IMG/VR virus record: IMGVR_UViG_3300017911_001383
Location: 1 to 31,973 of that record
DNA: 31,973 nt
Strand: one strand, 5' to 3'
Source: a virus
Lineage: Duplodnaviria; Caudoviricetes
Positions 25,264-31,973 of the stretch are shown here, in pieces. The stretch's first letter is position 1; each line of letters opens with the position of its first letter. The notes beneath the pieces were generated by a model. That model did no database searches. It saw only the letters and a program-made list of their open reading frames with translations, and was not told where the DNA came from. Made by a program: the position numbers and the translations under genes.

Positions 25264-25433
25264 CATCCCTCCTCTCCATAGAGTTTACATTCGACGCACT
25301 TGACGCCGTAGAACTCGCACTCCTCGCAGCCCTCGACCGGCTTGTCCTCCGGCTCGGGCGGCTTGGCGACCACACCGTTTCCGATGTAGATCCCGTAATT
25401 CCAGTCAGGCTTCACGTCAGGAATTTTAGGCAT
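25263..25433 (-). CDS. Small Cys-containing protein
   Basis: ATG 25433 behind AAGGAGG; CEEC...CVEC. Confidence 0.6.
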   Translation of the reverse strand: MPKIPDVKPDWNYGIYIGNGVVAKPPEPEDKPVEGCEECEFYGVKCVECKLYGEEG

Positions 25434-25686
25434 GGGCATCCTCCTTCTTGAGATCTTCAATGCACCCTTGGACATGCTCCACAAACTGCTGGGTCAGAGT
25501 CCCGTCCAGGACAAGCTGCTCAGCGTAGTCATAGGTGACCTCGCCGATCTCAGCGTACTTCTGGATCACGACCTGACCGACGACTGTCTCGGTCAGCTCG
25601 CACAGCTCAGCGAACCGCTTGACCATAGTGGTGGCGACATACCCGTACTGGGCCGCGAACTCCTCGTGAGTCCGAATCTTGGTCAT
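25426..25686 (-). CDS. Hypothetical protein (86 aa)
   Basis: GAGGAGG RBS; TGATG coupling. Confidence 0.65.
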   Translation of the reverse strand: MTKIRTHEEFAAQYGYVATTMVKRFAELCELTETVVGQVVIQKYAEIGEVTYDYAEQLVLDGTLTQQFVEHVQGCIEDLKKEDAHA

Positions 25687-25856
25687 CAGGCAACCTCCTC
25701 TTCAACGAACACCGCACCATCAATCAGCTCCATGGCTTTCTCGAAAGCAGCCTGGGCCTTGTCGCCCCGGCCACACTGCAACATCATCAGCATGAAGTTG
25801 AGCTGGAACTTGATTTTCTCTTTCTGGGTCTGGGCCATTTCGACTGTCTTGGGCAT
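25686..25856 (-). CDS. Hypothetical protein (56 aa), first gene after promoter copy 3
   Basis: ATG 25856 behind AAGGAG. Confidence 0.65.
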   Translation of the reverse strand: MPKTVEMAQTQKEKIKFQLNFMLMMLQCGRGDKAQAAFEKAMELIDGAVFVEEEVA

Positions 25857-25888
25857 CTCGTCTCCTTCTGTGTTGTCCCTACACAATC

Positions 25889-25917
25889 AATATAGGGATC
25901 TTGGCATCATTTGCCAA
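25889..25917 (-). promoter_or_regulatory. Early promoter/operator, copy 3
   Basis: Minus strand TTGGCA-aatga-TGCCAA; TTGGCA-17 nt-TATATT. Confidence 0.8.
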
Positions 25918-26668
25918 GGGGAATTTCAAATAAAGGTGCCGGTGCCAGCTCGAGCTTGTTGACCTTGGCCCAGAGCCGGTCAGCCATCTGCTGGACGTGA
26001 TTCACAAACTGGCCCTTCGTCCGGTTGTGATTGATGGCGACGTTGCAGCTGTCGGCGCTGTCGAAGCCGAGCTTGTGGAGAGCTCCCAGGCCCCGCATCA
26101 TGTGCAGCCATGGCCGCTTGTCCAGGCCGAACTCGATATCCCACCAGGCCATGTGGGCCCAGGCGAACAGGAACCGCCGGTAGTACGGGCTCGTGGGCCC
26201 GTTCCTGGCGATGTCGTACTCAGCGCAGCTGCCGAAGCCTACGAAGTTGAAGATCCGGTAAAGAGCCTTGAGCTGCTCGAAGCTCTCGTTCATGTGCCAG
26301 ATGGCCATGGCGCGCTCAGGGTATTTGAGCTTGCCGCCCTTGAGAGCTTTGGCGATCAGCATCAGGTTCTCTTCCTCGGTGCCGTCGATCACGTCAGGGA
26401 TCACAGCCACAGCCTGGGGGCAGCGATCCATCGCGTCATTCGCCCAGGCGTAGAAGCCGTCCCACCAGGCGTCGTCCAGGACGATGCCCTGCTTCCAGGC
26501 GGTGAAGGCGCCGTTGTCCAGGATCAGGATCTCGTTCTCGCCAACCAGCTCGATGCACTCCTCGAGCTGCTCGGGGTGCATGTAGCTGACGCAGAAGCTG
26601 CCGCCCCTGAGCTGGGGCAGCAACCGCTTGGGAGTGACCGGCGTCCCGTGGACCAGCCGTTTAGTCAT
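25907..26668 (-). CDS. TGT/DpdA-like (guanine transglycosylase fold) protein
   Basis: ILDNGAFTAW, AVIPDVIDG, IWH, GFGS, LHMMRG, DSADS motifs in TGT-barrel order. Confidence 0.65.
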   Translation of the reverse strand: MTKRLVHGTPVTPKRLLPQLRGGSFCVSYMHPEQLEECIELVGENEILILDNGAFTAWKQGIVLDDAWWDGFYAWANDAMDRCPQAVAVIPDVIDGTEEENLMLIAKALKGGKLKYPERAMAIWHMNESFEQLKALYRIFNFVGFGSCAEYDIARNGPTSPYYRRFLFAWAHMAWWDIEFGLDKRPWLHMMRGLGALHKLGFDSADSCNVAINHNRTKGQFVNHVQQMADRLWAKVNKLELAPAPLFEIPLGK

Positions 26669-26898
26669 CAGGCAAACTCCTTGGGGTCAAAGCCGAACTC
26701 GATACAGGCCTCGTAACGCAGCACCCGCATCTCCTCGTCGTGCTCGTCAGCTCGGGCATGGTCATCCTCGCTGAGCTGCTTACGCTGGGCCGGCGTCATC
26801 CAGATCAGATGCTCGCCCAGGTCCCAGCAGATGTCGCCGTCCTCGTTCCGCTCAATCGCCCAGAACTCCTCGTCGGTGTAGTTTGTCTCGCGCTCCAT
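26668..26898 (-). CDS. Acidic hypothetical protein (76 aa)
   Basis: AAGGAGG RBS; TGATG coupling. Confidence 0.65.
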   Translation of the reverse strand: MERETNYTDEEFWAIERNEDGDICWDLGEHLIWMTPAQRKQLSEDDHARADEHDEEMRVLRYEACIEFGFDPKEFA

Positions 26899-26907
26899 GA
26901 TTCCTCC

Positions 26908-27480
26908 TTAGTGTCCCCAGCCGTAGGCTGTCTGGTGTTTAGGCTTGCCGTCCCAAGGGGTGGCGAACTCAAAGCTGCTGACCCGCCAGCCGTTGCCGTT
27001 GATCTTGGCGGTGTAGACTTTCTTGCCCTTGATCTCTGGATCAGCCACCACCTCGTCAGCAGCAGCGCAGCCAGTGCTGTAGGTGGTCTTGCCGATGGGG
27101 ATATATTTGACCATCTTGGCTGTCCGACCGACCACCTGGTAAAAGTCTACGTTGGTCTGGTCATAGCCCCAGCTGGTATAGTAGATCCCACCGACCTGGA
27201 CCTCGTCAGCCTCGGCCTTCTTCTGAGCTGCGTAGTCCGCCTTGGCTTTCTCGTGAGCCTGGACGCCCTCAAAATATTCCTTGATGTAACGCTCGGCAGC
27301 CTTCGCGCCCTTCGGGAAACGATACCACCCGTCAGGCTTCTGCCGCTTGCCGCAGTAGGCTTTGACCACCGGCACGTCGCCGGCCTTGCTCTTGCCGCGC
27401 CAAAGGTAGGCGACTGCGGTACTGTGTTTGTCCGCAATCTTGATCCAGCCTTTGGTGTCGGCCTCACGATTCCACTTCAT
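26908..27480 (-). CDS. Conserved hypothetical phage protein
   Basis: VG.I...SWGYDQTNVDFYQVV motif, which I recall as widespread in phages and plasmids; strong RBS. Confidence 0.7.
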   Translation of the reverse strand: MKWNREADTKGWIKIADKHSTAVAYLWRGKSKAGDVPVVKAYCGKRQKPDGWYRFPKGAKAAERYIKEYFEGVQAHEKAKADYAAQKKAEADEVQVGGIYYTSWGYDQTNVDFYQVVGRTAKMVKYIPIGKTTYSTGCAAADEVVADPEIKGKKVYTAKINGNGWRVSSFEFATPWDGKPKHQTAYGWGH

Positions 27481-27740
27481 TAGGCAGCCTCCTCTTCAAC
27501 AGTTTTGAAAGCAGTCTCAAGCATCTCCTCGAACACAGCGACGAGCTCATCCTTGTAAAGCCCAGTGAACGCTGTCTTCGTCTCAGCCTCGAGGCCGAGC
27601 GTCTCAATGATGTAAGCCAGAGTCTTCGCGGTCTTGGCGCAACCAACAGCGCCATGGGCCGCGTCAAAGCAAATAACCTCGACACCCTCTTTGCCCCACT
27701 CGCCGTTGTAATTCATCCCGAAGGTCTTGATCTTGGCCAT
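27480..27740 (-). CDS. Hypothetical protein (86 aa), first gene after promoter copy 4
   Basis: Start reassigned to ATG 27740 behind GGGAG. Confidence 0.65.
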   Translation of the reverse strand: MAKIKTFGMNYNGEWGKEGVEVICFDAAHGAVGCAKTAKTLAYIIETLGLEAETKTAFTGLYKDELVAVFEEMLETAFKTVEEEAA

Positions 27741-27770
27741 CTCGTGTCTCCCTGTTGTCCTTACACAAAC

Positions 27771-27799
27771 AATATAATGGCATTGGCATAATTTGCCAA
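27771..27799 (-). promoter_or_regulatory. Early promoter/operator, copy 4
   Basis: Minus strand TTGGCA-aatta-TGCCAA; TTGGCA-17 nt-TATATT. Confidence 0.8.
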
Positions 27800-27810
27800 G
27801 GGGTAGACAC

Positions 27811-27844
27811 AAAAAAAGCTGCGCGACTTTATCGCCGCGCAACT
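27811..27844 (-). terminator. Terminator closing the late/lysis operon
   Basis: Minus strand AGTTGCGCG-10 nt-CGCGCAGCT followed by TTTTTT. Confidence 0.7.
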
Positions 27845-28076
27845 ACCTGAAACGTCTGGTTTTTTTCATGATGCTTTCGGGCTGCTTCGAGAACTGTTTG
27901 CCCTGGCGTTTCGCCTTGCGCTTCGCCCTCGTAGTAGCGGCATATTCCTTGGGGCTCAGAGCTTTGATAGCTGCTTCCGGCAGATACCGCTCGCCTGTCT
28001 CGCTGCTCTTCTTGCCGCTCTTGGTGCGCCATTTCTGTTTGCCCCAATTCTTCAATGACCGTTGTGGTGCGCGCAT
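27843..28076 (-). CDS. Very basic small protein (DUF5872-like, C-terminal half)
   Basis: Q.SL..W..Q.W.T..G......RYLP..A...LS..E...T...K......QF pattern. Confidence 0.65.
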   Translation of the reverse strand: MRAPQRSLKNWGKQKWRTKSGKKSSETGERYLPEAAIKALSPKEYAATTRAKRKAKRQGKQFSKQPESIMKKTRRFR

Positions 28077-28258
28077 CAGTCTCTATAGCCCCCGCCCCGC
28101 TTTTTGTACTCCTTCGCAAGCAGCTGCGCTTTCCGAGCACTCCACTTACCAGCGGCTGTGCCGTGCGTAGCTCTGCCCAGAATAGACTTATACAGCCGCT
28201 TTCTCATGCCGGCCTTGGTGTAGTTGCCGGCCTTGTTTACCTGGCTTTTCTTGGCCAT
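28076..28258 (-). CDS. Very basic small protein (DUF5872-like, N-terminal half)
   Basis: YTK..MR......G.WSARKAQLLA..YK..GGGY pattern. Confidence 0.65.
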   Translation of the reverse strand: MAKKSQVNKAGNYTKAGMRKRLYKSILGRATHGTAAGKWSARKAQLLAKEYKKRGGGYRD

Positions 28259-28368
28259 TACTTTTTCTTCTTCTTGGCCTTCATGATTTTAGACTGCAGA
28301 GCCTTCGGCAGCGTCTTCTGCTTTTTGGTCAGCCCTGTTTTCTTGGCAGCTTTTTTCTTACCGTACAT
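28258..28368 (-). CDS. 36-aa Lys-rich peptide (not in track)
   Basis: MYGKKKAAKKTGLTKKQKTLPKALQSKIMKAKKKKK* (16 Lys of 36); GGAG RBS; TAATG coupling. Confidence 0.65.
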   Translation of the reverse strand: MYGKKKAAKKTGLTKKQKTLPKALQSKIMKAKKKKK

Positions 28369-28377
28369 GTGCATCTC

Positions 28378-28635
28378 CTAACATTTCCATCTGCGCCTTG
28401 CGGCCTTTCCTCTTGGGCCAGTCCAGCTCTTGGATCTGGCACAGAAGCTCTTGCGTCTTTTGGCAGCCTTGCTGCCTGGCTTTACCTTGCCGGTCACTGG
28501 CGCCTTTAGTTTGCTGCCTGTTGCCCGGTTGTATTTCGCACGACCTTTTGCCGTGAGACCGCCACCCTGTTTGACCGAGCGCTTTTCACCGCGCCCGACA
28601 GATAGGTTTACAGATTTCTTTTTTGCCTTAGCCAT
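28378..28635 (-). CDS. Very basic small protein (DUF6321-like)
   Basis: GGLTAKGR..YNR.TGS.LKAPV...RRKSFCAR...RRW.C. Confidence 0.65.
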   Translation of the reverse strand: MAKAKKKSVNLSVGRGEKRSVKQGGGLTAKGRAKYNRATGSKLKAPVTGKVKPGSKAAKRRKSFCARSKSWTGPRGKAARRRWKC

Positions 28636-29173
28636 CGACCTCTCCGCGACACAGCTTTATGGCCTGCTCCAGCGTTTCTTCATTACGCCGCGTCCAGCCC
28701 TTGCCGAATGTCTCGAATGTTTTGAGGCGCTCATAAAAAGCCTGGCGCCGGGAATACATATCTGTAATGAGCTTCTCCGGCTCATGGATATTTACAGCGC
28801 CCAGGGTCATGGGGCCAATACCACCATCAACGGTCACGCCTACAATCTTCTGTAATGTGCGAGCTGACCGACCGACGCCGCTATTCACAGCCCAGTCAAA
28901 TACAGCCCAGTCCAGGCCGGCTGGCAGCTGGTCACCAGATACCCGGTTCCAATACTCTTCGCGGTAGATAGCCGCGACGTGGTTGGCCGGTATGTTTCGC
29001 ATCGTGTCTTCTGTAATCACCGGGTCGGAGTCGATGGTCTCAGACAGCCATTGTTCATAGACCCTGGCCGTGATGCCTTTGTTTGTCATGCCGCCCGGAT
29101 CCTCCGGGTGGTTAACGAACCCGCCTTCGTGCTTCAGCAGCCAGGTCAGGCATTGCTCAAAGTTACCCTTCAT
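28628..29173 (-). CDS. Endolysin, glycoside hydrolase family 108 with C-terminal peptidoglycan-binding domain
   Basis: HEGGFVNHPEDPGGMTNKGIT catalytic motif; FDWAVNSG; FGKGWTRR. Confidence 0.92.
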   Translation of the reverse strand: MKGNFEQCLTWLLKHEGGFVNHPEDPGGMTNKGITARVYEQWLSETIDSDPVITEDTMRNIPANHVAAIYREEYWNRVSGDQLPAGLDWAVFDWAVNSGVGRSARTLQKIVGVTVDGGIGPMTLGAVNIHEPEKLITDMYSRRQAFYERLKTFETFGKGWTRRNEETLEQAIKLCRGEVDG

Positions 29174-29574
29174 TTAGGTTTCCTGTTTGCTAGGGCGCCG
29201 AGCCCCGCCTTGCCTATGCGGTAGCCAAAGCTGGCGCTGATGGATATGTAAAGACAGTTGGCAAACCAGGGCGGCGTGTGCTCATCCAGGAAGATGAAAC
29301 CGTTCTTCACATATTCTTGTGTCCAGGGCAGGAAGCAGGCGACCAGGATTGAGCCAAAAATTATGACCCAAAATTCGTCTTTCCAAGAGCTTTCCATTTG
29401 CCTGGTCAGCTGCTGCTCCATGAGCATTGTGCTGGTTGCCTCGGTCTCATAGACCTTGGCCTCAGCCTTTTTCATAGCTACCTTTGCTTCGGTCTCTGCA
29501 GCTTTCTGTGCGGCCTTCGATTTGAACCAGCCGCCGGCCAGCTCAATGGCTGGGCCAATAAGCATATTAATCAT
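29170..29574 (-). CDS. Putative holin
   Basis: SWKDEFW plus two hydrophobic helices and SFG.R; ATGA-coupled to the endolysin. Confidence 0.65.
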   Translation of the reverse strand: MINMLIGPAIELAGGWFKSKAAQKAAETEAKVAMKKAEAKVYETEATSTMLMEQQLTRQMESSWKDEFWVIIFGSILVACFLPWTQEYVKNGFIFLDEHTPPWFANCLYISISASFGYRIGKAGLGALANRKPK

Positions 29575-29783
29575 TAGTGCTTCTCCGAATTGAGCCAGAC
29601 GGCCAGCGATCCGGTCATAGCCCCTGTGACCACAGAAATCAGCGCGCTTTGCTGCGTGGACAAATCCGGCTGACTAAGCGCCCATTCAATGCACCTGACG
29701 TACACACCTGTCATAACCAGCATCATCAGCCGGGGCAGTATCTTCAGCTCCAGCATCTTTCTTGCAATGTCTTCTGCGCTCAT
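29574..29783 (-). CDS. Small two-TM membrane protein (lysis module)
   Basis: ILPRLMMLV...W...P...Q...VS.V.GAMTG...W. Confidence 0.6.
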   Translation of the reverse strand: MSAEDIARKMLELKILPRLMMLVMTGVYVRCIEWALSQPDLSTQQSALISVVTGAMTGSLAVWLNSEKH

Positions 29784-30229
29784 TAGTCAAACCATCCTTT
29801 CAGCCAGGCCATCCACGCAATCAACCCAGCAGCCCCTGCCGTGATTGCAAGCGCTACAGCGCCCAGCCCTAGCATTTCCATAATCTCTGCGCGTCTGCGC
29901 TTGGCCAGCTCTTCCTGCACTCGGCGCTCTTTGCGCGCTTCGGCTTGGAACTTTTGCCAGTCGTTCCACAGGCCAGGTCGGCCTGCGTAAATCATTATCT
30001 GTTTCAGCTGCTCTTCTTGCTGCTTAATTTTTTCCAAGGCCATGAACTCTTCAAGGTCAGATGTTTTTACACCCGACCTTTTCTTTTTATTGCCCTTGCG
30101 CTGCAGCTCTTCCTTGGCAATGACAAAATCAGAGATCGCCTTGCCAGCTCTGGCAAGCTCACCAGTGTTGGCCAGTGTTTTCTTGATGACCGCAAATGCT
30201 GCGTTAGCCGCCGCCAATTCTGCCAGCAT
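29783..30229 (-). CDS. Coiled-coil protein with C-terminal TM helix
   Basis: Probable start ATG 30229 (MLAELAAANAAF); K/E-rich core with a hydrophobic tail. Confidence 0.65.
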   Translation of the reverse strand: MLAELAAANAAFAVIKKTLANTGELARAGKAISDFVIAKEELQRKGNKKKRSGVKTSDLEEFMALEKIKQQEEQLKQIMIYAGRPGLWNDWQKFQAEARKERRVQEELAKRRRAEIMEMLGLGAVALAITAGAAGLIAWMAWLKGWFD

Positions 30230-30230
30230 G

Positions 30231-30452
30231 TTAGTATAGCCTCGCGGTTCCTGGTTGTATCTCCTTGGGCAGGCAGTATGCGGTGATGATGTCCTGGCCA
30301 GGTCGTCGATAACCTGTGCTGCCATACATTTTGACAATACGGCTTGCGTACCACTGGCAATCGACCAGTGATTCAAAAAGCATTTCTTTGTGTACGAGTT
30401 TGCGGTCTTCGCCCAACCCCATATAAACAAACAGGGTGAAGACAGTAATCAT
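30231..30452 (-). CDS. Hypothetical protein (73 aa)
   Basis: Hydrophobic N-terminus, F.S..DC..YA...TAYC.P; operon packing. Confidence 0.55.
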   Translation of the reverse strand: MITVFTLFVYMGLGEDRKLVHKEMLFESLVDCQWYASRIVKMYGSTGYRRPGQDIITAYCLPKEIQPGTARLY

Positions 30453-30456
30453 GGGC

Positions 30457-30630
30457 TCACAGTAGCTTGTAGATAATCCCGGCCATGCTGCCCATCATGG
30501 CAGCAGCTGTGCCAATGAGGATGGCCTCTAGCCGCTTGATGCGAATGATCGTTTCTTTCCAGCGCTCCGCGCAGACAGCCTCATGCGTGTCTATCTGAGA
30601 CTTGACCTCGTGGATATTCGGACTAGGCAT
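30457..30630 (-). CDS. 57-aa XhlA/holin-like membrane protein (not in track)
   Basis: MPSPNIHEVKSQIDTHEAVCAERWKETIIRIKRLEAILIGTAAAMMGSMAGIIYKLL*; TGATG coupling. Confidence 0.65.
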   Translation of the reverse strand: MPSPNIHEVKSQIDTHEAVCAERWKETIIRIKRLEAILIGTAAAMMGSMAGIIYKLL

Positions 30631-30908
30631 CAAATACCCTGACTATCAACATGAGCTTTGTAAGCAGTTTTGACAGCATCACTCCAAACTGCGCCAGCAA
30701 TCCCGCGCACCTCTGCACTTTCGCCAGACAGCTCTGTGTCAGACCATGTGTCTCCTGATTTAGTGCAAGGGTGGATCACCCTACGATGAAAGGCGCGACT
30801 AATTTCTACACCATCTTCTTCAAGGACTGTGGCAGTCCTTATTTGAATATGCCTGAAATCGCCCACGACTTCAATTTTGTCTTCTTCTATACGTTTTTCA
30901 ATCGCCAT
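30630..30908 (-). CDS. Tail-fibre-associated small protein
   Basis: DKIEVVG.F.HIQ.R.ATV...DG.EISR.FHR motif, which I recall following fibre genes in aquatic phages; AGGAG RBS. Confidence 0.6.
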   Translation of the reverse strand: MAIEKRIEEDKIEVVGDFRHIQIRTATVLEEDGVEISRAFHRRVIHPCTKSGDTWSDTELSGESAEVRGIAGAVWSDAVKTAYKAHVDSQGI

Positions 30909-30918
30909 TTCATTCTCC

Positions 30919-31527
30919 TTACGAAGCTAAGTAAACCCCTGCTACATTCAGATATTTTCCCGCACTAGCTGTTATGTTCCTAGTGAGCCATGAAGCGCCT
31001 GCACCTGCCGTCATATGATAAGCAGTCATTGAAGTGGCCGCCCCAAAAAGAAAGAACCAGTCTTTGTCACTCAAATCAAACGTATAACTTACATACGGAA
31101 AATAATTTTGAGTTATTCCAGTGATTTGTGTGAACGGAAGCTGGTCTATAGTCATTGTGCCAGAAGCTCCAGAGGTATCCACGTTGCTCCAAAAAGCATA
31201 AAAATAAACGGCTTGGCCAATTTTTGCGTAAACAGCACTGGTAGCGTCTATTTTTCCTGCTGTTGGGTCTGTGGTTGCCCCATAAAGCCTAGGGGTGAAA
31301 CTGCCCTCTTCATAGTCATCGAACAGTTCTGATGACATAGTGCCACTGCTATTAGCGGTAGCACTGAAATCAATGCCCTGCCCACTTGGAAGAGCAATGC
31401 CAGCATCAGCTGTGATAACTCCTGTGGCGTCTAATGTTCCAGCAATGTCGATGTTAGTGTCTAGCTTTCCAGACGTTATAACCGAGCCGGTGCCGAGGAG
31501 ATTTGCGAGGTTTCTTGAATTGCCCAT
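30919..31527 (-). CDS. Tail fibre-like structural protein
   Basis: MGNSRNLANLL start; GIDFSAT...SELFDDYEEGSFTP...YAKIG.AV...LPFT motifs. Confidence 0.65.
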   Translation of the reverse strand: MGNSRNLANLLGTGSVITSGKLDTNIDIAGTLDATGVITADAGIALPSGQGIDFSATANSSGTMSSELFDDYEEGSFTPRLYGATTDPTAGKIDATSAVYAKIGQAVYFYAFWSNVDTSGASGTMTIDQLPFTQITGITQNYFPYVSYTFDLSDKDWFFLFGAATSMTAYHMTAGAGASWLTRNITASAGKYLNVAGVYLAS

Positions 31528-31539
31528 GTCTGTCTCTCC

Positions 31540-31973
31540 TTAATGCTCAAGAAAGCGCATATTCATGCGGCTATAATGGTTGTTGGCCGCAGGGATGCTG
31601 TATCTATCATCATATCCAAAATACAATCTGTCACCCACATCAAAATGAAAGATGTATGAAGAGCCTGTTGTGTAATTGGTATAATCGTTTGCCCCGTAGT
31701 CTCTTTGAAGCTGTGTATATGAGCTTCCATCATAGAGATAAATCCAAGCTGTGTTATAGCTTGCGGTTGAGTCAGTTCCATTGGTAGCCCAAGTCATAAA
31801 ATATTTGCCGCCAAACCCATTTGGAATTTCAACATAGCCACCAGAGGTCAAAAGGCCTCCATGATTAAAATCTGTTGTTGTCCAGCCAGTAATATAATCA
31901 AAATCGTTTGATGCGGCTGTCAGGGATGTAGTGGTGCTTTTGCCTCGCGCTTGGCAAGACGGTGTAACATTAG
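31540..31973 (-). CDS. C-terminal part of a tail fibre with a C1q-like tip (runs in from the right edge)
   Basis: Frame open to the window end: ...PSCQARG...W.TTDFNHGGLLTSGGYVEIPNGFGGKYFM...FDVGDRL..., resembling the C1q F..N.G...G.F..P..G.Y pattern. Confidence 0.55.
   Translation of the reverse strand, partial: NVTPSCQARGKSTTTSLTAASNDFDYITGWTTTDFNHGGLLTSGGYVEIPNGFGGKYFMTWATNGTDSTASYNTAWIYLYDGSSYTQLQRDYGANDYTNYTTGSSYIFHFDVGDRLYFGYDDRYSIPAANNHYSRMNMRFLEH

Noticed and set aside
1-27800. Frequent CTCGAG/GAGCTC/CAGCTG palindromes
   Set aside because: Explained by common Leu-Glu, Glu-Leu and Gln-Leu codon pairs in GC-rich genes; enrichment cannot be claimed without a k-mer calculation.
1-31973. 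tRNA, rRNA, CRISPR array, IS element, reverse transcriptase/DGR
   Set aside because: No cloverleaf, repeat-spacer array, transposase or RT motifs recognised by eye.

Overview
About 32 kb of a GC-rich tailed-phage genome with podovirus-type morphogenesis genes. The host is probably an aquatic alphaproteobacterium (inference). A leftward late operon starts at ~16.9 kb and runs: terS, a tiny Cys-rich ORF, terL, two paralogous pre-portal genes, portal, scaffold, major capsid, tail tubular A/B, GNAT-like gene, internal virion/ejection proteins. It runs off the left edge and appears to re-enter at the right edge (tail-fibre parts, holin/endolysin, four very basic small proteins), ending at a terminator at ~27.8 kb. 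The window therefore looks like most of a circularly permuted genome. The middle holds a lambdoid-like skeleton (Cro-like HTH, VRR-NUC, Q-like/DUF6362 gene; exonuclease, SSAP, SSB, Xis-like) with no visible cI, integrase, DNA polymerase, primase or helicase. It also holds two islands of small early genes. Highlights: (1) an ejection protein with a C-terminal RelA/SpoT-like alarmone-synthetase domain, followed directly by an internal promoter; (2) four copies of a sigma70 promoter whose -35 is one arm of a TTGGCA-N5-TGCCAA palindrome, plus repeated gene-junction linkers suggesting a cassette-swapping system; (3) a stand-alone TGT/DpdA-like gene; (4) a capsid-gene leader with three hairpins sharing one 4x1 internal loop; (5) a late promoter followed immediately by a terminator; (6) a palindrome-rich candidate origin. 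All family names come from motif recognition by eye, not database searches.
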